Shown here: positions 1 through 10,050 of the stretch, piece after piece
How positions within the stretch are numbered: position 1 is the stretch's first letter
Layout of the letters: every line of letters starts with the position of its first letter
Origin: Endomicrobiales bacterium
GTDB lineage: Bacteria > Elusimicrobiota > Endomicrobiia > Endomicrobiales > JALOBY01
Direction of reading: 5' to 3'
DNA length: 64,000 bases
Assembly (NCBI GenBank): GCA_963796955.1
Contig: CAWCNJ010000003.1
Location: 96,546-160,545 of the forward strand
Notes under the pieces: generated by a model
Database searches by the model: none
Seen by the model: the letters and a program-made list of their open reading frames with translations, nothing else
Told to the model about the DNA's origin: nothing
Translations under genes and position numbers: made by a program

Positions 1-839
1 GGGAGAAAGATGGCACTGCTCCTTTAGTCGTCGCGAACGCGGGAACAAATGCCAGCTATGTGTTTACTGCTGTCGCTGATAAAAAGCAATATTATTGCCG
101 TGTGCAGGTTAACAAAACCGGCGGCAGCGTCTGGTCGATCTCCGGCTACACCCTGGTTGATGCTGGCGCGCCTGATCCGGTGAGCCAGGTAACGACCGGC
201 AGTGCGCAGACGTTCAGCGATCATACAGTGTTCAACTGGCCGGCGGCAACGGATAGCGAATCGCCCGTCGTTTCTTACTGGCTGCAGGTGGTTACGCCCA
301 GAAGCGGCTCCGCTCTCGCGTCTCCTTCCAGAAGCCAGGTCGTTTCCACCGATCTGGTGACCGTCTTCGATGCGGAAGTCGGCGGTGTGCTCACAAAAGA
401 GATCACCGGACTGGAAAGCGGAAAAGTATATTACGCACGCGTAAAGCCCAAAGACAGCGCGGGCAATTGGGGGAATTTCTCCAATTGGTCCGGCGGTGTC
501 ACCGTGTGGAGCTCCGCTGTTGCGAGCGCCAAACTGATAGAACACGCGATAGTTGCCCCCAATCCCGTTAACCCTGATGACGCTATAACAGAGCGCCGCT
601 CAGCTTCTGTTTTGTTCTACATGCCGACAACCGCTACGGTAAAGATAAAAATATACACCCTGACCGGCCGCTTGGTGTTGGAAAAGTCTGAAGACATAGT
701 GCCCGTAGCCAATTGCGGTACCTGGCTGTGGGACTGCAAGAACGGCGACGGCGACCGCGTTGCACCCGGCGGCTACATCCTTGTCCTAGACGGCCACCGC
801 GAAAAATCCGAACGCGTAAAGATCGCGGTTTGGTACTAA
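1..839 (+). CDS. C-terminal part of a large secreted/surface protein: fibronectin type III-like domain plus FlgD-Ig/T9SS-like C-terminal domain (5' truncated by window edge)
   Basis: Frame is open from position 3 (EKDGTAPLVV...) into ORF 60..839. FN3-like segment WPAATDSESPVVSY...LESGKVYYARVKPKDSAGNWG; terminal APNPVNP...IKIYTLTGRLV...WDCKNGDGDRVAPGGYILV...KIAVWY. Confidence 0.7.
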   Translation, partial: EKDGTAPLVVANAGTNASYVFTAVADKKQYYCRVQVNKTGGSVWSISGYTLVDAGAPDPVSQVTTGSAQTFSDHTVFNWPAATDSESPVVSYWLQVVTPRSGSALASPSRSQVVSTDLVTVFDAEVGGVLTKEITGLESGKVYYARVKPKDSAGNWGNFSNWSGGVTVWSSAVASAKLIEHAIVAPNPVNPDDAITERRSASVLFYMPTTATVKIKIYTLTGRLVLEKSEDIVPVANCGTWLWDCKNGDGDRVAPGGYILVLDGHREKSERVKIAVWY

Positions 840-854
840 TACAGCAAGGCATTC

Positions 855-1967
855 ATGAAAGATAATATAGCGGTTCTCATAAACACCTATCTCAGGCCGT
901 CTGAAGTTTTTATATACGAGCAGATAAGAGCCGTAACGAAATACAATGTTCATGTGCTCTCGCGATCAAATACCAATAACCCTGCCTTTGTCCATGAACA
1001 TGTCCACTCGATATCTTCCCAAAACCGGCTTGAAGCATTGCAGTATATGCTCACCCGCAACTCAAATTATTTTAACAAGGTGGTCAAAGAACAGGACGTA
1101 AGGCTTATCCACGCGCATTTTGGCACTGAAGGTGTCTACGGCATCCCGCTCGCACGTTGCAATTCCATCCCATTGATCACAACATTTCACGGCCACGATA
1201 TAACCCGCCTTCCAAAGGCGACCGTCTGGCCAATTTCCTGGGCGCAGTATTGGCTGCATTTTAACGAACTTAAAGAACGCGGAACACTATTCCTTGCTGT
1301 CTCTGATTTTATAAGGAAGCGCCTTATCGAACATGGTTTTCATCAGGACAAAGTCATCACCCATCATTTAGGGATACCCATACCTGCATTGCCGGAAGTT
1401 GTAAAGGATCCGCTATCAATAGTAACCGCAGGCAGGCTTGTAGAGAAGAAAGGCACAGAATATTTGATCAGGGCAATGCGAATCGTCGCCGACGCCATAC
1501 CCGAAGCACGGTTGACGATTTGCGGCGACGGCCCCCTGCGCGCAAGTCTTGAACAGTTGACTGATTCACTGAACCTGACAAAAAACATACAATTTGCCGG
1601 CTGGAAAACAAAACCTGAAGTTCTGGACATCCTTGCAAGGGCATCGGTCTTTGTACTGCCAAGCGTTACATCCCGCGATGGTGATAGTGAGGGCCTTGGC
1701 ATGGTCTTCCTTGAAGCCATGGCGCTGCAAACCTCCGTTATCGGCACTAACCACGGCGGCATCTCTGATGCTATTCAAAATGAAGGTAATGGCTATCTGG
1801 TGAAAGAACGCGACCCGCAAGAAATAGCCGAGAAGATCATTTTCCTTTTAAACAATCCCTCCATAGCATCCCAAATGGGCCTTCAAGGCAGGAATAGCGT
1901 TGAATCCAATTTTGATATAACAAAGCAGATCAAAAAACTGGAAGAACTTTACGAACGTCTTAAATAA
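855..1967 (+). CDS. Glycosyltransferase family 4 (GT-B, WcaL/AmsK-like)
   Basis: SEVFI N-terminus, IHAHFG, TTFHGHD, GRLVEKKG, DGDSEGLGMVFLEAMA (E-x7-E motif). Confidence 0.9.
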   Translation: MKDNIAVLINTYLRPSEVFIYEQIRAVTKYNVHVLSRSNTNNPAFVHEHVHSISSQNRLEALQYMLTRNSNYFNKVVKEQDVRLIHAHFGTEGVYGIPLARCNSIPLITTFHGHDITRLPKATVWPISWAQYWLHFNELKERGTLFLAVSDFIRKRLIEHGFHQDKVITHHLGIPIPALPEVVKDPLSIVTAGRLVEKKGTEYLIRAMRIVADAIPEARLTICGDGPLRASLEQLTDSLNLTKNIQFAGWKTKPEVLDILARASVFVLPSVTSRDGDSEGLGMVFLEAMALQTSVIGTNHGGISDAIQNEGNGYLVKERDPQEIAEKIIFLLNNPSIASQMGLQGRNSVESNFDITKQIKKLEELYERLK

Positions 1968-2017
1968 ATTATCGCGGTACTGCGATGAATGAATTTCGAC
2001 AAAATCAACAATAAATT

Positions 2018-2026
2018 TGCTATAAT
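2018..2026 (+). promoter_or_regulatory. Extended -10 promoter (TGc TATAAT) upstream of the nucleotidyltransferase
   Basis: tgctataat at 2018-2026, 45 nt before ATG 2072, in an AT-rich intergenic region. Confidence 0.5.
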
Positions 2027-2071
2027 ATTGTAGTGGTACGTCAGTGAAAATGAAATATTTGGATATGACAA

Positions 2072-2578
2072 ATGCCTAAAGAATTTCTCGTGAATCCCAA
2101 CTTTCAAGAATTTCTGGAAGTGCTAAATAAACACAATGTTGAGTACTGTATATCTGGTGCATATGCGGTATCGTTTCATGCTGAGCCCAGATACACTCAT
2201 GACATTGATGTCTATGTTGCAAAAAATGTTGAAAATTCAAAAAAGGTTTCACAAGCTGTCAAGGAATTCTTTGGCACAAGCATTGATGAGAAGTATTTTG
2301 AAGGTGATAAGGTTATGGCTCGCATGGGAATCGAGCCAAATCAGATAGAATTGTCGAACCACCTTTCAGGCTTAACTGATGATGAAATAATAAAACACAG
2401 AGTTAAAAGTAAGTATGGCGAAACGGTTACATACTATATCGGGATCAATGAGCTTATAAAGAACAAAGGACTTGTTAAAGACATGCCGCATAGAAAACGC
2501 AAAGGGCTTCAAGATGGAAGGGACTACTTAACTTTACTTGCTGTAAAAGACCACTTAAGAAAGAAGGCTGATAGATGA
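2072..2578 (+). CDS. Minimal nucleotidyltransferase (DUF6036/pol-beta-like), putative toxin-antitoxin component
   Basis: ISGAYAVSFHAEPRYTHDIDVYV matches G-G/A-x-A...R-x-T-x-D-I-D; C-terminal LIKNK...R.K..QD..D; visibly AT-rich. Confidence 0.75.
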   Translation: MPKEFLVNPNFQEFLEVLNKHNVEYCISGAYAVSFHAEPRYTHDIDVYVAKNVENSKKVSQAVKEFFGTSIDEKYFEGDKVMARMGIEPNQIELSNHLSGLTDDEIIKHRVKSKYGETVTYYIGINELIKNKGLVKDMPHRKRKGLQDGRDYLTLLAVKDHLRKKADR

Positions 2579-2772
2579 GGAAAAATGTCAAGATTAAATT
2601 CTTTGATTCTTACGAGTCTGCGCAGGAAGATCTGGACAGGGAAACGTTTGATATGGTTCCAACTGACAGAGTGTCGACAACTGAGCATCTACGCAGGCAG
2701 ATGTTTCTGATCAAAGGGCGTACTGTCGATCTGTCAATGAAGAAAGTTATAACGTTTCATAAGATAGTGTAG
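2575..2772 (+). CDS. Small hypothetical protein, putative partner of the nucleotidyltransferase
   Basis: ATGA overlap with upstream stop; 65 aa with a PTDRVSTTEHLRRQ segment resembling small ORFs that accompany such NTases. Confidence 0.6.
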   Translation: MRKNVKIKFFDSYESAQEDLDRETFDMVPTDRVSTTEHLRRQMFLIKGRTVDLSMKKVITFHKIV

Positions 2773-2784
2773 AACTGGAAAAAT

Positions 2785-2813
2785 TTGCAATTTGCTTAAA
2801 TATATAGTATAGT
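2785..2813 (+). promoter_or_regulatory. Sigma70-type promoter of the rimP-nusA-infB operon
   Basis: TTGCAA (2785-2790), 17 nt spacer, TATAGT (2808-2813). Confidence 0.65.
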
Positions 2814-2819
2814 CTATTT

Positions 2820-2850
2820 AAGAGTGGCCGTATGCCGCTCTTATTTTTTT
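2820..2850 (+). promoter_or_regulatory. rimP leader (terminator-like attenuator hairpin)
   Basis: AAGAGTGGC-cgtat-GCCGCTCTT followed by ATTTTTTT, right after the predicted transcription start and upstream of rimP; resembles the conserved rimP-leader motif. Confidence 0.7.
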
Positions 2851-2868
2851 ACCTGAATGGGTGATAGT

Positions 2869-3327
2869 ATGGGAATGATAGATAAATTGCAGGAACTTAT
2901 AACGCCGGTATTGGCTGAGGCTAAGATGGAACTTGTAGACCTTCTGCTTACGGCTGAGCATGGGCAAAAACACGTGCGTATTTTCATTGACAAGGAAGAG
3001 GGCGGTATAAAGCTGGATGACTGCGCGGCAATGAGCCATGCCCTTGGCGCCGCGCTGGATGAAAAAATGCCGGAACTGGGGGATTACGTAATAGAAGTTT
3101 CTTCACCGGGTATCGACCGTGTGCTGAAGACGGAAAAAGATTTTTTGAAGTTCATAGATAAACGGATACAGGTCACGGTGTTCGCGCCCATTAACGGCCA
3201 GAGAAATTTTACCGGCACGTTATTGAAATTCGAGAACGGCGCCATAGAGATAGATGATGTGACGGGGAAAAAAGTTACGATAGAGCTGTCAAAAATGGCC
3301 AGAGCACGGCTTGATCCTGAAATTTGA
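2869..3327 (+). CDS. rimP: Ribosome maturation factor RimP
   Basis: VRIFIDKEEGGIKLDDC, YVIEVSSPGIDRVL; first gene before nusA. In-frame ATGs at 2857, 2869 and 2875. Confidence 0.95.
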   Translation: MGMIDKLQELITPVLAEAKMELVDLLLTAEHGQKHVRIFIDKEEGGIKLDDCAAMSHALGAALDEKMPELGDYVIEVSSPGIDRVLKTEKDFLKFIDKRIQVTVFAPINGQRNFTGTLLKFENGAIEIDDVTGKKVTIELSKMARARLDPEI

Positions 3328-3373
3328 GTTGTTAAAATCCCGCGATATTTTGTTATTGCCCAGGAGGATATAG

Positions 3374-4690
3374 ATGTCAGACAGAAGCGAATTACTATTA
3401 GCATTAGAACAGATCGAGCGTGATAAGGGTATCAAAAAAGAGGATATCCTTACCGTTATAGAGAACGCACTTGTTTCAGCGTACAAGAAACATGTCGGCA
3501 AGAATGTTAATGTCGAGGCCAAGGTTGATCCTGAGACCGGCGAGATGTCGGCGTGCGTGGTCAAGACCGCGATGGCCGATGTTAAGAACTCCGTTCTTGA
3601 GATCTCAATGGCTGAAGCCAGGAAGATCGTTGCCGATGTCAAGGAAAATGACATCGTCCGTATTCCTCTGGATACGCAGGACTTTTCCCGCATAGCCGCC
3701 CAGACCGCAAAACAGGTCATTATCCAAAAGATACGTGAGTCGGAAAGGGAAACCTTGTTCGACGAATACCGCACCAAGATCGGACAGATCGTTAACGGTG
3801 TCGTGTGGCGCGTCGTGAACCGTAACCTGATCGTTGACCTCGGCAAGACCGAAGCGATCGTGCCTGCCTCCGAGCAGGTGAACCGCGAACGCTATGCCCT
3901 GGGCCAGCACATGCGCGCGATAATCGTGAAGGTTGAAAAAGGCGTGAGAGGCCCCTCGGTGGTTCTTTCCCGCACGCATCCGGACCTGGTCCGCAGACTT
4001 TTTGAAGTTGAAGTACCCGAAATGTACGAAAAGATAGTCGAGATAGTGAACGTGGTGCGCGAGCCGGGACTGCGTACGAAAGTTGCCGTGCAGTCGTTCA
4101 ACCCCAAGGTTGACCCTGTGGGCGCCTGCGTGGGCGTAAAGGGCGCGCGCGTGAAGCCGATCATAGACGAGCTGCGCGGCGAACGCATAGACCTGATAGC
4201 GTTCTCTAATGACCCGGTGAAATATATTTCGAGCGCCCTGTCTCCCGCCAAGGTAATGAACGTGCGGATACTGAGCGAGGAAGAGAAAAAAGCAGAAATA
4301 CTCGTCGGCGATGATATGCTTTCCCTTGCCATCGGCAAGAACGGGCATAACGTGCGCCTTGCGGCCAAACTTACCGGCTGGCATATAGACATCAGGTCGG
4401 AATCACAGAAGAAGCAGGAAAGCGAAAAGAAGATAGCCGTCGCCGAAGACACACTGACGCACCTGAAGGGCATCGGGCCTAAAACCGCCGACATGCTTAT
4501 CAAGGCCGGTATGGGCAGCATACAAAAGCTTGCCGCGATCTCTACTGACGATCTGACCACTGTGCAGGGTATAGGCCTGAAGACCGCCGAGAAAATAATC
4601 GAAGCGGCGCAAGCATATCTTGCGGAGAACGCAAAAAATGCCTCAGTAGAGGCAGAGGGAACCAATAATGACGCAAAAGAAAACAACTAA
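3374..4690 (+). CDS. nusA: Transcription termination/antitermination factor NusA
   Basis: FSRIAAQTAKQVIIQKIRE, S1 and KH domains (REPGLRTKVAV, DPVGACVGVKG, LAIGKNGHNVRLAAKLTGW), C-terminal HhH; RBS AGGAGG. Confidence 0.98.
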   Translation: MSDRSELLLALEQIERDKGIKKEDILTVIENALVSAYKKHVGKNVNVEAKVDPETGEMSACVVKTAMADVKNSVLEISMAEARKIVADVKENDIVRIPLDTQDFSRIAAQTAKQVIIQKIRESERETLFDEYRTKIGQIVNGVVWRVVNRNLIVDLGKTEAIVPASEQVNRERYALGQHMRAIIVKVEKGVRGPSVVLSRTHPDLVRRLFEVEVPEMYEKIVEIVNVVREPGLRTKVAVQSFNPKVDPVGACVGVKGARVKPIIDELRGERIDLIAFSNDPVKYISSALSPAKVMNVRILSEEEKKAEILVGDDMLSLAIGKNGHNVRLAAKLTGWHIDIRSESQKKQESEKKIAVAEDTLTHLKGIGPKTADMLIKAGMGSIQKLAAISTDDLTTVQGIGLKTAEKIIEAAQAYLAENAKNASVEAEGTNNDAKENN

Positions 4691-7040
4691 AGAAGCGGTC
4701 GTAACTAAAAAGCCCGTTAAGGCTGCGACTGCCGCAAAAACAAAAAAACTTGAAGCAAAGGATACCGTAAAGGCGGTCGTAACGCCTGAGGGGGAAAAGC
4801 CTGTCAAAAAGAAGGCCGCCGCTCCCAAAGCCCCGAAGAAAAAAGTTGAAGACACGGAAGCTGTCGTTGAAAAACCGGTTAAAAAGACCGCGGTCACACA
4901 TAAGAAAAAAGAAGTGAAGCCGGCTGAAAAAGAAGTTAAGGCCGTTGAGCCTGCCGCAGCGGTAAAAGAAACGGTCGCACCGGTAGAGCACAAACCGGCT
5001 AAAATCGAACACAAGCAACCTCCTGTTCCGGCTCAACCTCAACCAGCGCCGCAGCAACCCGTGAAGCCGGCGGTCCCCGCGCCGCAGAAACCGGCCCCTG
5101 CAGCAGCGCATCTCGCTGCACCGGTTGTGACCCCTCTTAAAGCGGTTATCGCCGCCGCGACGCCTGTTGTCGCGCCGCCTCCTGCTGCTCCGGTAACCGC
5201 TCCCACACCCGTTCCTGCTCCTGCCGCTCCTGTAACTCCGCCGGCAGCGCCCGTTCAGGCCGCTCCGGTCGTCGCTGAAAAGCCGGCGATCAAGGGTGTT
5301 GTTACCATAAATGAAAATACGACGGTGCGTGAACTGGCCGAGAAAATGAATGAAAAGCCCGGCGATCTGCTGAGAAAGTTGCTGACCATGGGCGGCCTTG
5401 CCACCATAAATCAAAAGTTAGATACGGACACCGCGACACTGCTGGCCCACGAGTTCTTATATGAAGTGAAGTTCGCCTCAATGTATGCCGAAGAGACGCA
5501 GGTAGTTGAGAAGGAAGATCCCGCACTGCTGAAAACCCGTCCGCCGGTCGTCACGATCATGGGGCATGTTGACCACGGCAAAACTTCACTGCTTGATGCG
5601 ATCCGCACGACGAACGTCGCCGGCGGCGAAGCCGGCGGTATAACCCAGCACATCGGCGCCTATAGAGTTAAGACCGCGCACGGCGACGTTGCCTTCCTGG
5701 ACACGCCGGGCCACGAAGCTTTTACAGCCATGCGCTCACGCGGCGCCAAAGCCACGGACCTGGTGGTGCTGGTTGTTTCCGCGGCTGACGGCGTTATGCC
5801 TCAGACCGTAGAAGCGATAGACCACGCAAAGGCTGCCAATGTACCTATTATAGTAGCGATGAATAAGATGGACCTGCCCACCGCGAACCCCCAGCAGGTA
5901 AAACAGGCGCTCAGCGGTTACGGCCTGCTCGCCGAAGATTGGGGCGGCGATGTGATAATGGTGGAAGTCTCCGCGAGAGCGAAGACCGGCATAGATTCCC
6001 TGCTGGAAATGATATTGCTGAAAGCTGAAATGCTGGACCTTAAGGCGAATCCCGACGCGCTGGCCCGCGGTGTGGTCGTTGAAGCGAAGCTGGACCCCCG
6101 CAGGGGCCCGGTGGCCACGGTGCTGGTACAGAACGGGACGCTGCATATCGGCGATAATTTCATTGTCGGTAATACTATGGGCAAAGTGCGCGCCATGGTT
6201 GATGAGTTCGGTGTCCGCCACCAGGTAGCGCCACCCAGTACCCCGGTTGAAGTTATGGGCCTTGAAGAGACCCCGCAGGCCGGCGATACATTCCAGGTAG
6301 TAGCCGATGAGCGCATAGCCAGACAGACGGCTGAATCGCGCAAAATACGCGCCAGGGATAATGCTCTCAGGTCCCGTCATCATCTGTCACTGGAAGATAT
6401 TAGCTCACGCAGTTCCAAAGAATTGCGCCTTATTATAAAAACAGATGTCCGCGGATCTCTTGAGGCTCTCAGAGATTCTCTTGAACGTTTTACCAGCGCT
6501 GAGATAGTTCTCAAGATCATCCATGGTGGCGTCGGTTCAATAAATGAATCAGATGTAACTCTCGCTGCCGCTTCTGATGCGCTTATAGTCGGTTTTAACA
6601 TCCGCCCTGATTCCGCTATTGAGCGCCTGGCTGAACGGGAAGGCGTAAATATTCGTTCTTACCGTATCATTTACGATCTTATCAACGATGTCAAAGCTGC
6701 CCTTGAAGGTATGCTCGCGCCGCAGATAAAGGAAGTTATGGTCGGCAAAGCGGCCGTCAAACAGGTCTTTAAAGTCACTAAAGCCGGCACGGTAGCCGGC
6801 TGCATGGTGTTGGAAGGCAAGGTCGTGCGCGGTGGTAAAGCCCGCCTGATACGCGATAATGTGGTGGTCTTCGAAGGCGCCATCTCAGGCTTGAAACGCT
6901 TTAAAGATGATGTCCGTGAAGTGGAAAAAGGCTTTGAATGCGGTATAACCCTGGAAAACTATAACGATGTAAAAGCGAACGATATCATAGAAGTTATAAC
7001 CCAGGAAAATATCGCCACCAAGCTTAATGACACGATATAA
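4668..7040 (+). CDS. infB: Translation initiation factor IF-2
   Basis: [53 protein letters not shown]. Confidence 0.98.
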   Translation: MTQKKTTKEAVVTKKPVKAATAAKTKKLEAKDTVKAVVTPEGEKPVKKKAAAPKAPKKKVEDTEAVVEKPVKKTAVTHKKKEVKPAEKEVKAVEPAAAVKETVAPVEHKPAKIEHKQPPVPAQPQPAPQQPVKPAVPAPQKPAPAAAHLAAPVVTPLKAVIAAATPVVAPPPAAPVTAPTPVPAPAAPVTPPAAPVQAAPVVAEKPAIKGVVTINENTTVRELAEKMNEKPGDLLRKLLTMGGLATINQKLDTDTATLLAHEFLYEVKFASMYAEETQVVEKEDPALLKTRPPVVTIMGHVDHGKTSLLDAIRTTNVAGGEAGGITQHIGAYRVKTAHGDVAFLDTPGHEAFTAMRSRGAKATDLVVLVVSAADGVMPQTVEAIDHAKAANVPIIVAMNKMDLPTANPQQVKQALSGYGLLAEDWGGDVIMVEVSARAKTGIDSLLEMILLKAEMLDLKANPDALARGVVVEAKLDPRRGPVATVLVQNGTLHIGDNFIVGNTMGKVRAMVDEFGVRHQVAPPSTPVEVMGLEETPQAGDTFQVVADERIARQTAESRKIRARDNALRSRHHLSLEDISSRSSKELRLIIKTDVRGSLEALRDSLERFTSAEIVLKIIHGGVGSINESDVTLAAASDALIVGFNIRPDSAIERLAEREGVNIRSYRIIYDLINDVKAALEGMLAPQIKEVMVGKAAVKQVFKVTKAGTVAGCMVLEGKVVRGGKARLIRDNVVVFEGAISGLKRFKDDVREVEKGFECGITLENYNDVKANDIIEVITQENIATKLNDTI

Positions 7041-7061
7041 TAATTCTACAGGTAAAATAAT

Positions 7062-7427
7062 ATGCATACGTATAAAAGGGCCGTTCGCGTTGGTGAACGG
7101 CTGCAGCAGGAATTGTCCAAGATAATACAGGAATTGGCCCCGGAAAATGGCCTTGGTTTCGTTACGGTCACCGCGCTTAAACTGACGGACGATCTGTTGG
7201 ACGCCCGCGTTTTCTTCTCCGTGCTGGGCGACGAGGAAGAAATGGTCCGTACCGGCGAAGTACTTGCGAAACTAACCCCGCAGATACGGCACCGCATCGC
7301 GTTGTCCGTAGACCTACGCCGCGTCCCGCGCCTTGTTTTCGAGTATGATGAAACCCCCGCCCGCGCCCAGAGAGTATTCTCCATCCTTGAAAAATTGAAC
7401 AAAGAAAGCGAAGAAAAGAACTCCTGA
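7062..7427 (+). CDS. rbfA: Ribosome-binding factor A
   Basis: RAVRVGERLQQELS, FVTVT, LRRVPRLVFEYDE; follows infB. Confidence 0.95.
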   Translation: MHTYKRAVRVGERLQQELSKIIQELAPENGLGFVTVTALKLTDDLLDARVFFSVLGDEEEMVRTGEVLAKLTPQIRHRIALSVDLRRVPRLVFEYDETPARAQRVFSILEKLNKESEEKNS

Positions 7428-7429
7428 CC

Positions 7430-8416
7430 ATGCCGATAACATTAACCCCCTCAGAGATAGAATCCTTCAACGCGATAGAACAGGCTATTAACGCCGCGGA
7501 AACGTTTTTTATCGCCGGCCATCTTAAGCCCGACGGCGATACCATCGGTTCCGGCCTGACGCTGCGCTCCGCCCTGATGCGCATGGGAAAGAACGTGGAG
7601 ATGTATTCCCGTGATCCGCTGCCCGCGACATTAAAGAGCCTGGCGGGCTCCGAAAATATCCTGTTCGGTGAAAAATCGGCTAAGAATTATGACTGCGCTA
7701 TTATCCTTGAGTGCTCTGGGCTGGAGAGGATGGGGGATATCATTTCAGCCGCTCAGGCAAAGATCATCATCAACATAGACCACCACGCCCACTTCAATAA
7801 TTTCGGCCATATTAATTACATCAATCCCCAGGCGTCCTCTACCGCCGAGATCATCTACAAGCTGCTGGTGCACTTTAAACATACGTTCACTATCAATGAA
7901 GCCGATTACCTCTGGGCCGGTCTGATCACTGATTCCGGCATGTTCCAGCAGACGAACACGACTTTTGAATGCCTGCAGGTGGCGTCGGAACTGGTCAAGA
8001 TCGGTGTAAAACCCAATGAAATGTATCAGAAAATATATTCCAGCAAGACGCTTTCTTCCCTGAACCTGCTCGGGCTCTCGCTGCAGACCATGCAGCTTGC
8101 CTGCGACGGGAAAGTCGCCTACCTGCGTCTTGAGCAGGCGATGATACACGCCGCAAATTCTCATGTTACCGAGTCGGAAGATTTTATCAATCACACGATG
8201 CTGATACCGAGCGTGAAAGTCGGCGTGCTTTTCCGGGAAGAAAATGCGACCTCGGTAAAAGTAAGCTTCCGCTCCAGACAAGCCTACGACGTAAATGCCA
8301 TCGCCCGGCAATTTGGCGGAGGCGGCCATAAGAACGCCGCCGGCTGTACGATACCCGGCACCATGAACGCGGTTATCTCCCAGGTGCTTGCCCATCTCTC
8401 GCTGGCCCTTTCCTAA
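7430..8416 (+). CDS. nrnA: DHH/DHHA1 phosphoesterase (NanoRNase/pAp phosphatase NrnA)
   Basis: HLKPDGDTIGS, IDHH, TDSG, GGGHKNAAG; conserved position between rbfA and truB. Confidence 0.9.
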   Translation: MPITLTPSEIESFNAIEQAINAAETFFIAGHLKPDGDTIGSGLTLRSALMRMGKNVEMYSRDPLPATLKSLAGSENILFGEKSAKNYDCAIILECSGLERMGDIISAAQAKIIINIDHHAHFNNFGHINYINPQASSTAEIIYKLLVHFKHTFTINEADYLWAGLITDSGMFQQTNTTFECLQVASELVKIGVKPNEMYQKIYSSKTLSSLNLLGLSLQTMQLACDGKVAYLRLEQAMIHAANSHVTESEDFINHTMLIPSVKVGVLFREENATSVKVSFRSRQAYDVNAIARQFGGGGHKNAAGCTIPGTMNAVISQVLAHLSLALS

Positions 8417-9133
8417 GTGGACACCCTGTGCGCCTCCGGCTTGCTGAATATCTCTAAACCCGGCGGCATCACTTCTTTCCGCGTCGTTAAACTGGTAAAA
8501 CATATCCTTAAAGTCAAAAAAGTGGGGCATTGCGGAACGCTTGATCCGCTCGCGGAAGGCGTGCTGCTCGTGCTGTTCGGCGCCGCCACGAAACAGCAGG
8601 ACAAATTGATGCATCAGGATAAAGTGTACACCGCCACCGTTTTGCTGGGCCGCCTGACCGATACCGGCGATGTGACCGGTAAAACATTGTCGGAATCCCC
8701 GGTGCCGCCGGAAACACAAGAACGCCTGCCGGAGATCCTTACCAAATTTACCGGTACGGTCCTGCAGGTGCCGCCGATGTTCTCCGCGTTAAAATATGGC
8801 GGTAAAAAACTGTATGAGCTGGCTCGCCAGGGCATTACCGTTGAACGCGCACCCAGGGCGATACAGATATACGGGATAGAACTTTTAAGCTACGAAGCGC
8901 CGCGGCTTGCTATCAGGGTTCATTGCTCAAGCGGCACCTATATACGGACCTTGGCCGAAGATATCGGGGCCGCCCTCGGCTGCGGCGGCACTATCGAAAA
9001 ACTGCGGCGCGATTCAGTCGGCAGCTATATGATCGGATCATCCCTGAATTACGAAGAGATCCGCCAGCTGTCCGCCGAAGCGCTGCTTGCAAAAGCAATA
9101 CCACAGGAAGCATTTATTTATGAAACGACATGA
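8417..9133 (+). CDS. truB: tRNA pseudouridine(55) synthase
   Basis: KPGGITS, KVGHCGTLDPLAEGVL, QVPPMFSALK, CSSGTYIRTL; GTG start. Confidence 0.95.
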   Translation: MDTLCASGLLNISKPGGITSFRVVKLVKHILKVKKVGHCGTLDPLAEGVLLVLFGAATKQQDKLMHQDKVYTATVLLGRLTDTGDVTGKTLSESPVPPETQERLPEILTKFTGTVLQVPPMFSALKYGGKKLYELARQGITVERAPRAIQIYGIELLSYEAPRLAIRVHCSSGTYIRTLAEDIGAALGCGGTIEKLRRDSVGSYMIGSSLNYEEIRQLSAEALLAKAIPQEAFIYETT

Positions 9134-10007
9134 GAAAACCGCTGTCGCCATAGGCACTTTCGACGGCGTCCATCTGGGGCACCAGTACCTGATAAAAGAA
9201 CTTCTTTCCGTTGCGAAGGCGGAGAAACTGAGGACCGCTGTCGTCGCATTAAGCCGTCCCGTAAAACAGGTTAACGGCGTGCTCAGCACCGTGGAAGAGA
9301 AACTGCATCTTTTAACAGAATATCCCATAGATGAAATTGTTGTTTTGCCGGTAGGCCCGGAAATGACAAATCAGGAACCGGAGGAGTTTTACCGCGATTT
9401 CCTGATAAACAAGTTGAATGTCCGCTGTCTCGTTGTGGGCGATAATTTCGCCTTCGGCCATAAAAGAAGAGGCACCATCAACTGGCTGAAGCCGGTGGCA
9501 GAGAGCACGGGTGTATTGCTGAAGGTCGTCAGCCCGAAGATGTATCACAGGAAACCGATCTCTTCGTCGCGCATACGACAGCTCCTTTCCGCCGGCCGGA
9601 TGACGTACGCGAACCGTCTGCTCGGCCGCCACTACCGGATAGAGGGAATACCGGTCCCGGGTAAGCAAATAGGCCGCACGCTGGGCTTTCCTACCGTAAA
9701 TCTTTCCGTCCCGGATGAAAAACTGCTACCCCAGGGAGTTTTCGCTGCATTGGTAGAGAACGCCGGTTCAGTCTACACCGCGGTAGCAAACATAGGCTTT
9801 AACCCGACCATCGAGACCAAAACAGGTTCCCGCCTGCTGGTAGAAGCCCACCTGCTGAACTTTACGGGAACCTGGCCGCGTACCCCGACCACCTTTTACC
9901 TGGTAAAACACCTGCGTAACGAACGCAAATTCGCCAGCCGTGAGCTGCTTTCAAAGCAAATCGCCCATGACGTTGCGTCGGCCAAGAAGTTGTTGTCTGA
10001 CTTTTGA
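9120..10007 (+). CDS. ribF: Bifunctional riboflavin kinase/FAD synthetase
   Basis: GTFDGVHLGHQ, VVGDNFAFG, ISSSRIR, GRTLGFPTVN, EAHLL, RNERKF. Confidence 0.95.
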   Translation: MKRHEKTAVAIGTFDGVHLGHQYLIKELLSVAKAEKLRTAVVALSRPVKQVNGVLSTVEEKLHLLTEYPIDEIVVLPVGPEMTNQEPEEFYRDFLINKLNVRCLVVGDNFAFGHKRRGTINWLKPVAESTGVLLKVVSPKMYHRKPISSSRIRQLLSAGRMTYANRLLGRHYRIEGIPVPGKQIGRTLGFPTVNLSVPDEKLLPQGVFAALVENAGSVYTAVANIGFNPTIETKTGSRLLVEAHLLNFTGTWPRTPTTFYLVKHLRNERKFASRELLSKQIAHDVASAKKLLSDF

Positions 10008-10050
10008 TTATTGCCTACTGCCAATTGCCTGCAGTTAAACGTAGTTTTCG

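Noticed and set aside
4980..5280. Tandem repeat or CRISPR-like array
   Set aside because: The repetitiveness comes from Pro/Ala codons in the IF-2 linker; there are no fixed-length repeats with unique spacers.
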